A DNA stretch of 63,336 nucleotides, filler included, from Reclinomonas americana ATCC 50394 (lineage: Eukaryota): assembly GCA_048213135.1 (NCBI GenBank). It is 3 parts of 3 records of this genome, joined end to end, with 100 filler letters (N's around TTAATTAATTAA, not from the genome) between each part and the next. Parts side by side here need not be neighbours in the genome. Positions count along the whole stretch, not along the records: positions 1 to 30,007 come from PS015143.1; positions 30,108 to 57,392 come from PS015144.1; 1 more part is not named here. One strand, written 5' to 3'. The stretch's first letter is position 1. Each line of letters opens with the position of its first letter. This document shows, one piece after another, positions 24,342 to 35,669 of the stretch. The position numbers and the translations under genes are program-made. The notes under the pieces were generated by a model. It searched no databases. It saw only the letters and a list, made by a program, of their open reading frames with translations, and had not been told where the DNA came from.

Positions 24342-26691
24342 TCACGCCCTGCGTGGAATGTAATCACCGGCGGCCCAACGAGTAAGATCAGCCATCTCCT
24401 TGGTGTTGAACTGCCGTGCGTCGGCAAAGTGACGCGCCGTCTCCGCGATACGGAGACCGGCAGCTGCGATTGATCGTGGCGGTCAACTGACAGGTGAGAG
24501 AAATCATCAATCAAAAACACGCAGTCGACTCACCAGCGCCAAACTTGAAACCGTGACCCGAGCAGCAGCTGACGAGCAGAGTGTTGGCGTGCACTGGCTC
24601 CACCACAAACTTTTCGTCGATTGTCGTGGAGTAGAAGCACGTCATGCCGCGCTCAACCTTGTACTGATTGGCGTCGGTCAGCGCGTACTTGCATGTCTGC
24701 ATCATCGTCACACAACAGAAGTGAGTCGATATCAGTCGGCAAGTGTCAGTCGTGAGCGCCGGTCCAACCTCAAACAGCTTCTCAGCCTCCTCTGCAGACG
24801 AGGTGCGGTCGGAGTCGGGGTGGCCCTGCTGCGTGAAGGTGTGGAATCCCATCTTCAGTCCCGTTCCGGGAATGGGTGGCACCACGTACAGGCCACTCTC
24901 CGTGCCAATGTCGAGCAGCATGGGAGCCTGTACATGCCACAGTGAACAACACAAACACGCACGCAGAGGGAAAGTGAGACATGATCGCGGCGCACCTTGG
25001 ACCACGCCTCGCGGAGGTGTGGAGGAGGCTGGACGTACACCAGCACCTGCCGTGAGGCAGTGATTCGCTTCTTGGTGCTCGGCAGCAGGTCGCCAAGCCA
25101 GGCACCAGCACACACAAAGGTGAGATCGGACTTGAACGAGGCACCGCCGGCGGTCTTGATGAGACCCGATGGCGACATGTCGACAACACGGGCATTCGGC
25201 ACAAACGTCACATTCGGCTACATCGCACGCATAGTGAGTGGCAGCACGATCTCCAGTCTGGAGGGNNNNNNNNNNNNNNNNNNNNNNNNNNNNNNNNNNN
25301 NNNNNNNNNNNNNNNNNNNNNNNNNNNNNNNNNNNNNNNNNNNNNNNNNNNNNNNNNNNNNNNNNNNNNNNNNNNNNNNNNNNNNNNNNNNNNNNNNNNN
25401 NNNNNNNNNNNNNNNNNNNNNNNNNNNNNNNNNNNNNNNNNNNNNNNNNNNNNNNNNNNNNNNNNNNNNNNNNNNNNNNNNNNNNNNNNNNNNNNNNNNN
25501 NNNNNNNNNNNNNNNNNNNNNNNNNNNNNNNNNNNNNNNNNNNNNNNNNNNNNNNNNNNNNNNNNNNNTGCATCTGCGCACTGCATCCACGTCGCATCTC
25601 TGCATGTGTGCATGACGGACGATGTGATGTGTATGTGCAGGTATGGTGCCAGTGAAGGATACACGTGGGCCATCAAGCCGAGGTTTGTGTGGGGTGTGTA
25701 TGTGTGTGGCACGCACCGAACCTCTGTGAGATCTCACTCGCAGCGCAGCTACGAGGCGTGGAATCTGCTGTGGAAGGATCTGGGCAAGACGCTGTACTGC
25801 CCGACGGGAACGCTGGTGGTGGATTCGTGCAAGGCCGACAATTCGTATGCCAACGAGTCGCGACGAACGCTGCGTGCGGCAGACGTGGAGTTCCACGAAC
25901 TCACCGCCGATGAGCTGTTCCAACGATACCCGTACCTGTCGCGCAAGTCCAATATTCTGGGTGGTTTCTATCTGCCATCGGGCGGTGTGTTGCGCGCCGG
26001 ACCGATTGTGGAGGCCATGATCGAGCACCTGAAGACCCAGGTATGTACGCCGCCGCCTNNNNNNNNNNNNNNNNNNNNNNNNNNNNNNNNNNNNNNNNNN
26101 NNNNNNNNNNNNNNNNNNNNNNNNNNNNNNNNNNNNNNNNNNNNNNNNNNNNNNNNNNNNNNNNNNNNNNNNNNNNNNNNNNNNNNNNNNNNNNNNNNNN
26201 NNNNNNNNNNNNNNNNNNNNNNNNNNNNNNNNNNNNNNNNNNNNNNNNNNNNNNNNNNNNNNNNNNNNNNNNNNNNNNNNNNNNNNNNNNNNNNNNNNNN
26301 NNNNNNNNNNNNNNNNNNNNNNNNNNNNNNNNNNNNNNNNNNNNNNNNNNNNNNNNNNNNNNNNNNNNNNNNNNNNNNNNNNNNNNNNNNNNNNNNNNNN
26401 NNNNNNNNNNNNNNNNNNNNNNNNNNNNNNNNNNNNNNNTGCACACCACACATACGCACACACGCATGCATGGAAACACATGGCACGCAACGGATAGCGA
26501 ATGAGGCGGTGCTGGTCCACGGAAGAACCCAGCGGGTTTGGCAGCGTCGGCGACGCCTCCAGCACCGTCACTCGCGTGGAGGCCGCCAGTGCACCGGCAC
26601 GCACGAGTCGAGTCAGACCCCATGCGATGCTGAGACCATACAGACCGGCACCCACAACGTGGATGTTGAGACCTGCGGCGCGGCTTGCCAT
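24342..26691 (-). CDS. FAD-dependent oxidoreductase, monomeric sarcosine oxidase/DAO-like; middle exons lie on the + strand in a gap-flanked contig (25569-26058)
   Basis: Rossmann motif IHVVGAGLYGLSIAW, PNPLGSSVDQHRLIRYPYG, AWNLLWKDLG..LY.PTGTL, FVCAGAWL, CFYS, CSGHGFKFGA, LTRWAAG. Confidence 0.88.
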
Positions 26692-26760
26692 GGCGCTGCC
26701 GAGCTCGGATGAATGAGATGACGAGGACGCGGGACGGGAACAACGGCCCTTTTCTCTTTC

Positions 26761-27931
26761 ATGCTGGAGTCGCCGCTGTTGCGTGCTGTACGTCTCGCAC
26801 TGCAGACGAGGCGACAGCAACTGGAGGCGACGATGTCGAGGCCGACAATGCATGCATTTTCTCCTCGTATCAACACCGACAATGCCGACGGTGGCGGTGA
26901 CGACGATGATGACGACGATGACGACGATGAAGTGGAGGCAGACGAGGAGGGAGGCGACGAGACAGCTGATCGTGAAGAGTGGGATCGTCGGCGTCGACAG
27001 GTTGCCATCCTGTTGGATCGGGCGCAGATGTTGAAACAGCCTGCGATGCGACTGTTTGCCGCACGTTTGCGCGAACTCGGTGGGGCGGTGCGTGAAGCGT
27101 CGTCCATTCAAACATGCCATTGCGTTGTCGTTGTCGATTCTCCTGACGATGAGTGCAGGAAAAGTACGGCTTGTCGTGGCACCCAGGTATGCGACAGCCG
27201 CCCACGTTTCAGCCCCAGCTCGACTGCGATCCGTACGAGGGCGGTGCGTGTGTGTGGATGTTCGTGGAGAGTTGCAGCTCTTGCCAGTCCGCTTGTCGCT
27301 GACACACGAGTAGCCTGTCGTGTTCCATCGTGCACGTGTCAGCACTTTACGCGGTGGCCGTCGTCGTCGGGCCTGTACGTGTACAACCCAAGCCTCGTGC
27401 AGCCGGAGACCGAGTTGTGCCAGACGTGTGCACATCCGCAGGCAGAGCACTCGTTGGCCAACGACGGCTTCGATCGCTCCACGCTGCCCGAGTTCTCGTT
27501 GCGTGCGCCGGCGAAGAAGTCTGTCGCGCGCTTCCTCCTCTCCACTGCCGACAATGAGCAACACTGTGCAGGGCGGAAAACGTGGACAAGTATGGCGTTG
27601 TGCTGCAGCCTGGTCTGCCAGCACAGCACCCGGTGGATGTACCGACGTACCAGCTGATGGTTGGCAGTGTTTTCATCACTCGTTGACTGCACTCTGCTGC
27701 TGACAAGCGCACAGGAGTACTATCGGTTGCATCCCGATGCACCGGGGGCGGCAAGGTAACTTTCCGCATGCGTCGCCTTGCCGTACACACACACACACAC
27801 ACAGCGCCTCACACTGCAGTGCAGACCGTCCCCGTCCACTGACGCTGGCCAGCGACGCCGAGTCAGCGTCCAACAGCGGACTGAGTGCACTGATCGCGGA
27901 CGACAGCACCCCGTCGGGCTCCATGTTCTAA
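26761..27931 (+). CDS. Hypothetical protein with an acidic tract and a Cys/His putative zinc-binding motif
   Basis: CRVPSCTCQHF...CQTCAHPQAEH. Spliceable exons end at ...PSGSMF*. Confidence 0.5.
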
Positions 27932-27943
27932 CTGTGCGTTCAT

Positions 27944-30007
27944 TCACGTGGTGCGCACGTCGACGGAGCTCATGTCGTCCGTCAACTCATCGCCTGACAC
28001 GGCAGACGGTGTGCACTTGCCGGCGATCGCCTCCGTATCGTCGTCTTCGTCGTCGCCCTCCTCGTCCTCGTAGTCATCGTCCGTCTCGCTATCGCTGACA
28101 TTGTCGAGCGATGCTGCGGTGCTGGAGGCGGTGCCCTCGTCACTGCTGCTACTCGTCCCTACTGGCTCATCCAGCGCGCCGCGTAGTGCCTCTAACCAAG
28201 ACGAACACTGCCACGCAACGCTCGTTCGTGAGTGAACACACTCGGCGAAACGCAACACACACACGGTACCTGAGCAGGTGTGGTGGTCGTCAGCTGGATG
28301 GATCGCTTGCCTTGAATGTGTACCACAAATGAATCCGCTGTGCGTCGATCGACACGAGATGGGTTCGTTTTTCCTTTCGCTGCGTCGACAATGAATGGTG
28401 CATCGCTCTCACCCGTGCCCATGACTGACTCCACACGTGGTGGCAAGTAACCGTTGCCGGCTCCACGCAGGGGGATCATGCGTACGCGGTGGCGGCCGAG
28501 CAGACGTGATGTGCGGATCACCAGCGAGTCATTGAAGAGCACCACCAGTGCCTTCTTGCCCTTGCCGGGCGCCGAACCAGGACGCGACTTGCGTAGTTCG
28601 CCCTCCAGCAGCACTCGACGCCACACCTTGCGGTCGGAAAGACCGAGTTCGGTTTGCAGCTCGCGGACTCGTTGAATGTTCTCGTACTCGCTGTGTGCGC
28701 GCACGTGTCAGTGAGGGAACAGAATCAACGCACGAGCGGTGGAACACGTGATACCGTCGTTTGGTGTTGCAGTACTCGGCTGCACACACACATATACGAG
28801 AGTGGAGATCAGGTACACGATACCACACAGTCGCAACGCACACACACACACACATACACACCGATTTCCTTCATGCCACCGAGTGCCTGCTCAACGACAC
28901 CATATGCCGGTTCGTCGGCATCCATGTGCTTCAGGTAATCCTGACCAGTCAACGTTGTCAATCTCACGTGTGGCGGCAAGACAAGGAGGCTGGTGTATGC
29001 AGCGCACCTGCAACAACAGATTGTAGCGTGGCAGTCGTTGAATCGGCTTGACAAGTTGACCCTGCACGCCGAGAAACAAACATTATTCTGACGAGTGGTG
29101 CATGTGCAGAGTGCCCACTGTGCGCCGCACCTCAAGATTGACACCAAACAGACGCGGATCTTGCTCGGCTCGCCGCAGGAACGCGTCCAATGAACGCTGG
29201 CTCTTGCGCTTGCTCGTCAACAGTTCCATCACCGCCTCGTACCTATCATCATCACGAAAATCAGAACTCCCTATTCACCAGTGCGCGTGGAAGCCATTGT
29301 GCGCAACTTGTTAATGTATGCCGTGTACAGTCTGCACAGACAGATAGTGAGTATACGGGGGCAGCAGGCGATGCCGGCATCAGGGGCGACACCGCAACTT
29401 GAACGCTTGCGAGCTCTCGAGGAATAATCGCGACGGATCCAGTGACCGCAAACACTCGTACCACTGCACGGCAGACATGTTGGCACCCTCCTGCTTCACG
29501 AGAGCAAGCGTGCGCTCGACCATGCGCGTGAGGTCCTCCAAGAAGTTGGTGTTGAGTCGGCGGATAACCTCCAAGTCGTCGAACACCTGCGAGAGCACAG
29601 CCGGCGGCAGCAGCTTTGATTCGCGAAGCGGCTCCTCAAAGATCTGCAATGTACGCGTCACACCACCCAGCGTTCGCTACGAAAAAGAAACTGCACGGAA
29701 GAGAACCTCGTGAATCAAGTTGAGCGACTCGACATACTTGCGCTCCGTATCCAGCAACTCTTGCACCACCTGCAACGACGCTGAGTCGGAAGTAACACAC
29801 ACGTGGCAGGCCGTTCACGCCTCATAATGCAACTCTAGCTCGGTGCTTCATCGGCGGCAATCGCTTCGCCAACGCTTCGTCCATGGCGGAAGTTGAATTC
29901 ACCTTTTCGGCGGTTCGCAACACGGCCGCAATGTCACCACCACGGAATGCCGGCGCAGAGACGACGCGCCGGTGAGAAGCGGCACCCGCAGACTCGTCGG
30001 CAATGGC
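27944..30007 (-). CDS. Rho guanine nucleotide exchange factor (DH-PH), 5'-truncated at the scaffold end
   Basis: VVQELLDTERKYVESL, VFDDLEVIRRLNTNFLEDL, LYTAYIN, LVKPIQRLPRYNLLLQDYLKH, then a PH domain (LLEGELRK, VLFNDSLVI). Confidence 0.92.
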
Positions 30008-30107
30008 NNNNNNNNNNNNNNNNNNNNNNNNNNNNNNNNNNNNNNNNNNNNTTAATTAATTAANNNNNNNNNNNNNNNNNNNNNNNNNNNNNNNNNNNNN
30101 NNNNNNN
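30008..30107. other. Artificial scaffold linker N44-TTAATTAATTAA-N44
   Basis: A 12-mer with stops in all six frames, centred in a 100-nt N spacer. Identical to 57393-57492. Confidence 0.95.
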
Positions 30108-30559
30108 TGCAGATTGTGCAGGATCCGCGACCATTCGATGTGGTGTTTGCCGATCGTCGGGACTCGCTGGTGTATCTGACGAGTGAGAGCGAGCGCTGCA
30201 TCACCGAGTGGGCGCCGGAGCACGCGCCGGGTACCCCGTGCCCGGCCCCGCCGCGACCGCCACTACCGCCGGGCGGTGTTCTCACCTATCACGAGCTGCT
30301 GGAGGACGCTGGTCTGCTGGAGGCGGCACTCGAATCCGGTCGGGCCAGAGCTCCCATGACCGACGGCGACCCAGGTGCAGTCGAGCGCGTCGCGTACGTG
30401 CGTGCATTCATGCATGTGGAGTCTCTCACCCAGGATTGTATTTGCGTGTGCAGTGGACCTGCTGTCGCGACACCCGCACAATGGAGAGTGGGCGCTGAAT
30501 CAGTTTGGCGACGCGGCACGCACGCAAGATGCGGCCTTGATCGAGCATCGCTTTGGTGG
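30108..30559 (+). CDS. Downstream exons of TRM10 on an oppositely oriented contig
   Basis: IVQDPRPFDVVFADRRDSLVYLTSES resembles the Trm10 motif 'LVYLTADS' that is expected after the 31377-32117 exons. Confidence 0.6.
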
Positions 30560-31376
30560 NNNNNNNNNNNNNNNNNNNNNNNNNNNNNNNNNNNNNNNNN
30601 NNNNNNNNNNNNNNNNNNNNNNNNNNNNNNNNNNNNNNNNNNNNNNNNNNNNNNNNNNNNNNNNNNNNNNNNNNNNNNNNNNNNNNNNNNNNNNNNNNNN
30701 NNNNNNNNNNNNNNNNNNNNNNNNNNNNNNNNNNNNNNNNNNNNNNNNNNNNNNNNNNNNNNNNNNNNNNNNNNNNNNNNNNNNNNNNNNNNNNNNNNNN
30801 NNNNNNNNNNNNNNNNNNNNNNNNNNNNNNNNNNNNNNNNNNNNNNNNNNNNNNNNNNNNNNNNNNNNNNNNNNNNNNNNNNNNNNNNNNNNNNNNNNNN
30901 NNNNNNNNNNNNNNNNNNNNNNNNNNNNNNNNNNNNNNNNNNNNNNNNNNNNNNNNNNNNNNNNNNNNNNNNNNNNNNNNNNNNNNNNNNNNNNNNNNNN
31001 NNNNNNNNNNNNNNNNNNNNNNNNNNNNNNNNNNNNNNNNNNNNNNNNNNNNNNNNNNNNNNNNNNNNNNNNNNNNNNNNNNNNNNNNNNNNNNNNNNNN
31101 NNNNNNNNNNNNNNNNNNNNNNNNNNNNNNNNNNNNNNNNNNNNNNNNNNNNNNNNNNNNNNNNNNNNNNNNNNNNNNNNNNNNNNNNNNNNNNNNNNNN
31201 NNNNNNNNNNNNNNNNNNNNNNNNNNNNNNNNNNNNNNNNNNNNNNNNNNNNNNNNNNNNNNNNNNNNNNNNNNNNNNNNNNNNNNNNNNNNNNNNNNNN
31301 NNNNNNNNNNNNNNNNNNNNNNNNNNNNNNNNNNNNNNNNNNNNNNNNNNNNNNNNNNNNNNNNNNNNNNNNNNNN

Positions 31377-32117
31377 CGCGCGCACTCGACAGTCAGCACA
31401 CACACGAGCAACGACTGGAAGAAGCGACGCCTCAACATTATGCGAGCACGTGGTCAGCGTGGACAGCCAGTGCTGCATGACGGGCGACACACTGCATGCA
31501 ATCAGCGACAGTGGCCGCGGTCCACGCGCCAGCGTCCCGTACGCCGAGCCCAGCTGCGCCACCAGACTGCGTATCTCCTTCTCCGTCATCATGTCGTCTG
31601 CCGTGCACGCGAGTCACAAAAGACTGTTGCGCAGCACTGCACTCACTCTCACTCACTCACCAAACGAGCAGTCCCACGCGACAATCGGTGCCGCCAGGTT
31701 CTTCATGTACTCCAGTCGATCGAGACGCATAGACTCCGCCTCAATGTTGAGCAAGCGCGTCAGCCGCTGACCAGCATACATGCGTCGCTGGTCCTCTTTG
31801 GTGTGTGTGTGTGTGTGGGCGGTGTCAGTCACCGAAACAAGAGAAAATGCAACACTCGATGCACACACACCCTCACTCATGAGTGCCAATGCCTGTCGTG
31901 AAAGCTCCTTCTCGTGCGCCCTCTTCTCCTTTCGACGATCGCGTTCCTCCTTGCGTTTCACTGCAAATGTCTCGCGTTGACGAGCTGCGCGTGCGGCCTT
32001 CTTCTCGGCCTTGGTCAGACGACGAGCAGTCGCTGGTGGTGCATCCTCTCCACTGACTGCATCTGCATCTGCTGCAGCAGCAGCTGAGGGAGCAGCAGCT
32101 GAGGACTCGTCGCTCAT
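31377..32117 (-). CDS. TRM10: tRNA m1R9 methyltransferase Trm10 family, 5' part
   Basis: Basic N-terminal coil (KRKEERDRRKEKR), then IVAWDCSFDDMMTEKEIRSLVAQLGSAYG..RPLSL. Confidence 0.8.
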
Positions 32118-32234
32118 TGATTGAATGATGTGGGGACGGGACGGAAGTACAACACCGTGAAGTTCTTAGTTTACGCTCCCCCACCACCTCTCTCCAAACT
32201 TAGAGGGAAACCTACACTTCCCCTCGCACTATTA

Positions 32235-35188
32235 TTAGTCAAAGCCGCTACCACCACCGCCGCCGCCGCCACCACCGCAGCTTCCGTGATCGCTGTTGCC
32301 GCAGCTGTCGTCGACAATGCGATGGTGTGATGCGCCACCGCCACTGCCACCAATGGTGTTTGGTGTGCGTGGCGGGCCCGAGACGGCCGCCGCAGCCTTG
32401 CGGTTGGCCTTGCCCAGGATACGCGACGACTTGTGCAGCTGCTCGATGCCTTCCGGATCGCCCGACGACGCCACCGACGAGCACTTGCCGAGCGACGTTG
32501 GTGTGTCGGAACGGTGCGACATTGGTGCCTCGGAGAACACGGCACCACCGCCGCCACCACCAATCGATGCGCCGACTGTCGTTGCAGCTGCGCCACCGTC
32601 GGCGCGTGCGTGTGCCAGTGCGTCTGCGGCGGAGCGGAATCCTGGTGTGACGGCACCACCGCCGGCCTCCTCGCCGTCTTCGTCGCCGTCGCCGACGCCA
32701 CCCAGCACGCTGCCGGGTCTCAGCCACGGATCCTCCTCCTCAATGTCACGGTTGGTGCGCGGCGCAAAGGCCACACTGTATTGCGCCTCCAGCACTCCGT
32801 CGAGCCAATTCTGCACGAGTGAGAGAGAGATGAGTAAAAGCGAGAAAGGATGAGTGTGTGTGAGAGAAAGCAAACGCACCCTGCAGCTGGAGAATCGCAG
32901 TTTCTCGGGCATCACCGAGGCGGGCACAGTCACGCGAACAACAAAGCGACCGGGGTTGACGGCAAACTCTGCTGGCACAATGCTCGCCACGCTGTCCCTT
33001 CTCTTTGATGAACAGTACCGTCCGTGGTCGTCCAACATTAATGAGCGCAGCTGTGTCGTGGCGCAATAGTGAGCAGCCGACAAGAGGAAGACCACCCCAA
33101 AAAACACCCACGCAACACTCACCTGTTTGCTCGACTGCGACGCGTACTCGTCGCCGCACCCGTCCTGCTCCTCGGCCTCCTCGTTGCGTGTGACGCCCTT
33201 CAGACCGTCGCGAAGAATGACCAACGTCTTCCTTCCGTACGACTGCGCACTCCTGCCCGACATGGCAGACGGCGTGTCGGCACCAGTCGATGCTCTGTAC
33301 ATATTGTTTAAGTCGGCGACAACATGCTACTGCTGGCAGTTCACGGCAACGCAACGTGGCAATCTCCTCCGTGTAGGCTCTCCTGTGTCCGCGAATGGGT
33401 GGCAGGCGCTTCTTCGAATCATCGGGAGTGGCGGCCAAGCGGGCACTGCCGCTGGCCGCCAAGAAGAACGGCACGTCGCCGAGTGCCGGTGGCTCACCCC
33501 ACTCAATCGCATCCGGCACCGGCAGCTTGTCGCGGGCCCAGCGATTGCGCGCCGACAGCACCTTCATCAGGTCGCTGCCCTTGCATCGCCACGACGGAAG
33601 TCCGTTAAAGTTGCGCGGCGACGCCGGCGCCGCCACAGCCTCAATCATACTGTGCGACGACGCGCCCGCATCGGCATCGTAGTCGGTCGAGTCGCCGGCA
33701 TCGCAGTCCAGCAGGTCGTCCGACAAGTCGCTCGTCGACTGATCGTCGCGCGACAGCCGCCGAGCATTCTGCGGTGGCGATCCACCAGGTGCCAGAGTCG
33801 CACCTCCACTGGCGCCGACAGCGTTCAGTGGGGGCGCGAAGCGGCTCTTCTGTCGCTCCGCCGCAAACAGGTTTGACGAGTCGCGCCGTGTCAGGTACGA
33901 CAGACCGACACGATGCGCGCGCCCGGCGACCGCATTGGCAATAGATCCGCGGAAGGCTCCGTTGCCGCCAATGGCCACGGTGCCGCCGGCGGGTGCCAAC
34001 TGCGGCTGATTCAACAGCAGCTTTTTCAGCTGATCGTGATCGACGGCGACCGGCACCGGCGCCACCGACGGCATGGTCGGCGGCGACACAACAGCCACCG
34101 TGGCGAGCGTGGCAGCCGCCGTCGGTGGCGATGTCGCGGCCGCCGACGCCAACGCCGGAATCACTCGTGACGGAGGCCGATTGCGTCCACCAGCCGCCGG
34201 CTGCCGCGGCGACTGAGCCACCGATCCGTGACCACCGCCGGTGGAGGGTNNNNNNNNNNNNNNNNNNNNNNNNNNNNNNNNNNNNNNNNNNNNNNNNNNN
34301 NNNNNNNNNNNNNNNNNNNNNNNNNNNNNNNNNNNNNNNNNNNNNNNNNNNNNNNNNNNNNNNNNNNNNNNNNNNNNNNNNNNNNNNNNNNNNNNNNNNN
34401 NNNNNNNNNNNNNNNNNNNNNNNNNNNNNNNNNNNNNNNNNNNNNNNNNNNNNNNNNNNNNNNNNNNNNNNNNNNNNNNNNNNNNNNNNNNNNNNNNNNN
34501 NNNNNNNNNNNNNNNNNNNNNNNNNNNNNNNNNNNNNNNNNNNNNNNNNNNNNNNNNNNNNNNNNNNNNNNNNNNNNNNNNNNNNNNNNNNNNNNNNNNN
34601 NNNNNNNNNNNNNNNNNNNNNNNNNNNNNNNNNNNNNNNNNNNNNNNNNNNNNNNNNNNNNNNNNNNNNNNNNNNNNNNNNNNNNNNNNNNNNNNNNNNN
34701 NNNNGACCCGGTACTGGCACCGCCCAGCGGCGACGTCGAGGCACTGCCAACCACACTGCGCGCCAACGGACGCACCATGGACGCCGTCGACGGTCGAATC
34801 GGTGGCACATGCTGCAACGAAGATGCCGACGACGACGATGCAGGCGGTTGCTGCTGCTGCTGTTGCTGCTGCTGCTGCGACAAGGACGAAGGCGCCGCCA
34901 GTGGCGGCAACGCATCGGATAATGCGCCGCGCGATCCTTTGGGCGACGACGGTGCCGACTGCATGCGCAGCGCCGCCCGTCGTCGCGAATCGCTCGGCAG
35001 TGGCGACACATCGCGACGAATCGACTGCCGTCGCGGAAGCACATTTGTGGCCGATGCTCCCGTCGCTCCTGTTCCCGCACTCATACTGCCCGTGCTACTC
35101 ATGGTGGTGGCGGCGCCTATCGATCCGCGTGATAGCGGNNNNNNNNNNNNNNNNNNNNTCGGGTTATGCGCGGCCGCCGATCGGCCAT
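32235..35188 (-). CDS. Large low-complexity protein with a possible HSP20/alpha-crystallin-like C-terminal domain
   Basis: Long S/A/P/Q-rich ORFs spanning a gap. GRFVVRVTVPASVMPEKLRFSSC|NWLDGVLEAQY resembles ACD strands (G.F.R...LP..V.......DGVL.I). Start approximate. Confidence 0.45.
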
Positions 35189-35669
35189 GGTCCCCAACGA
35201 AAAAGCTACACTGCTCGACAACACATGAACAAACGACGATACTGACACACGGCGTAATAAAAAGAGCGACACCAACCTTTCAACGAGATGCTGACTTGCT
35301 TGTTGATGCTTCTGCTGCGTGTGTGTGTCCAATCAATCAATGTCACACGCCCACCCACTAACACACAAATTAACGACGTGCACTGTGTCTACGCTCTCAC
35401 GTCTGCGATTACTCTGTAACTTTTTTGCGGTTCCTCCAGTGAGAAACCGCAAAAAACTCGAAAACCGCTCATCGAATCACACACACTCTCTCTCTTGTCA
35501 CTGCCATCCCGCACAGCACACTCATTCTCTCTCTCTCTCTCTCTCTCTCTTTCTGAGCGTGCGTGTGCACGGCCTTCGCGACAGGAAAGGCACGCGGCCA
35601 CGAGAATCCACCGTTCCGTCCCGGCCAACGGAGCAAGATACTGGTGATTGATTGTGATTGCAACACAGA

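Noticed and set aside
24511-27624. 1037-aa ORF and other long X-containing ORFs
   Set aside because: These are read-throughs of N gaps and introns that join antisense and unrelated segments.
30052-30063. TTAATTAATTAA palindrome (also 57437-57448) as a piggyBac site or regulatory element
   Set aside because: It is centred in identical N spacers, so it is an assembly linker. Synteny across these points is meaningless.
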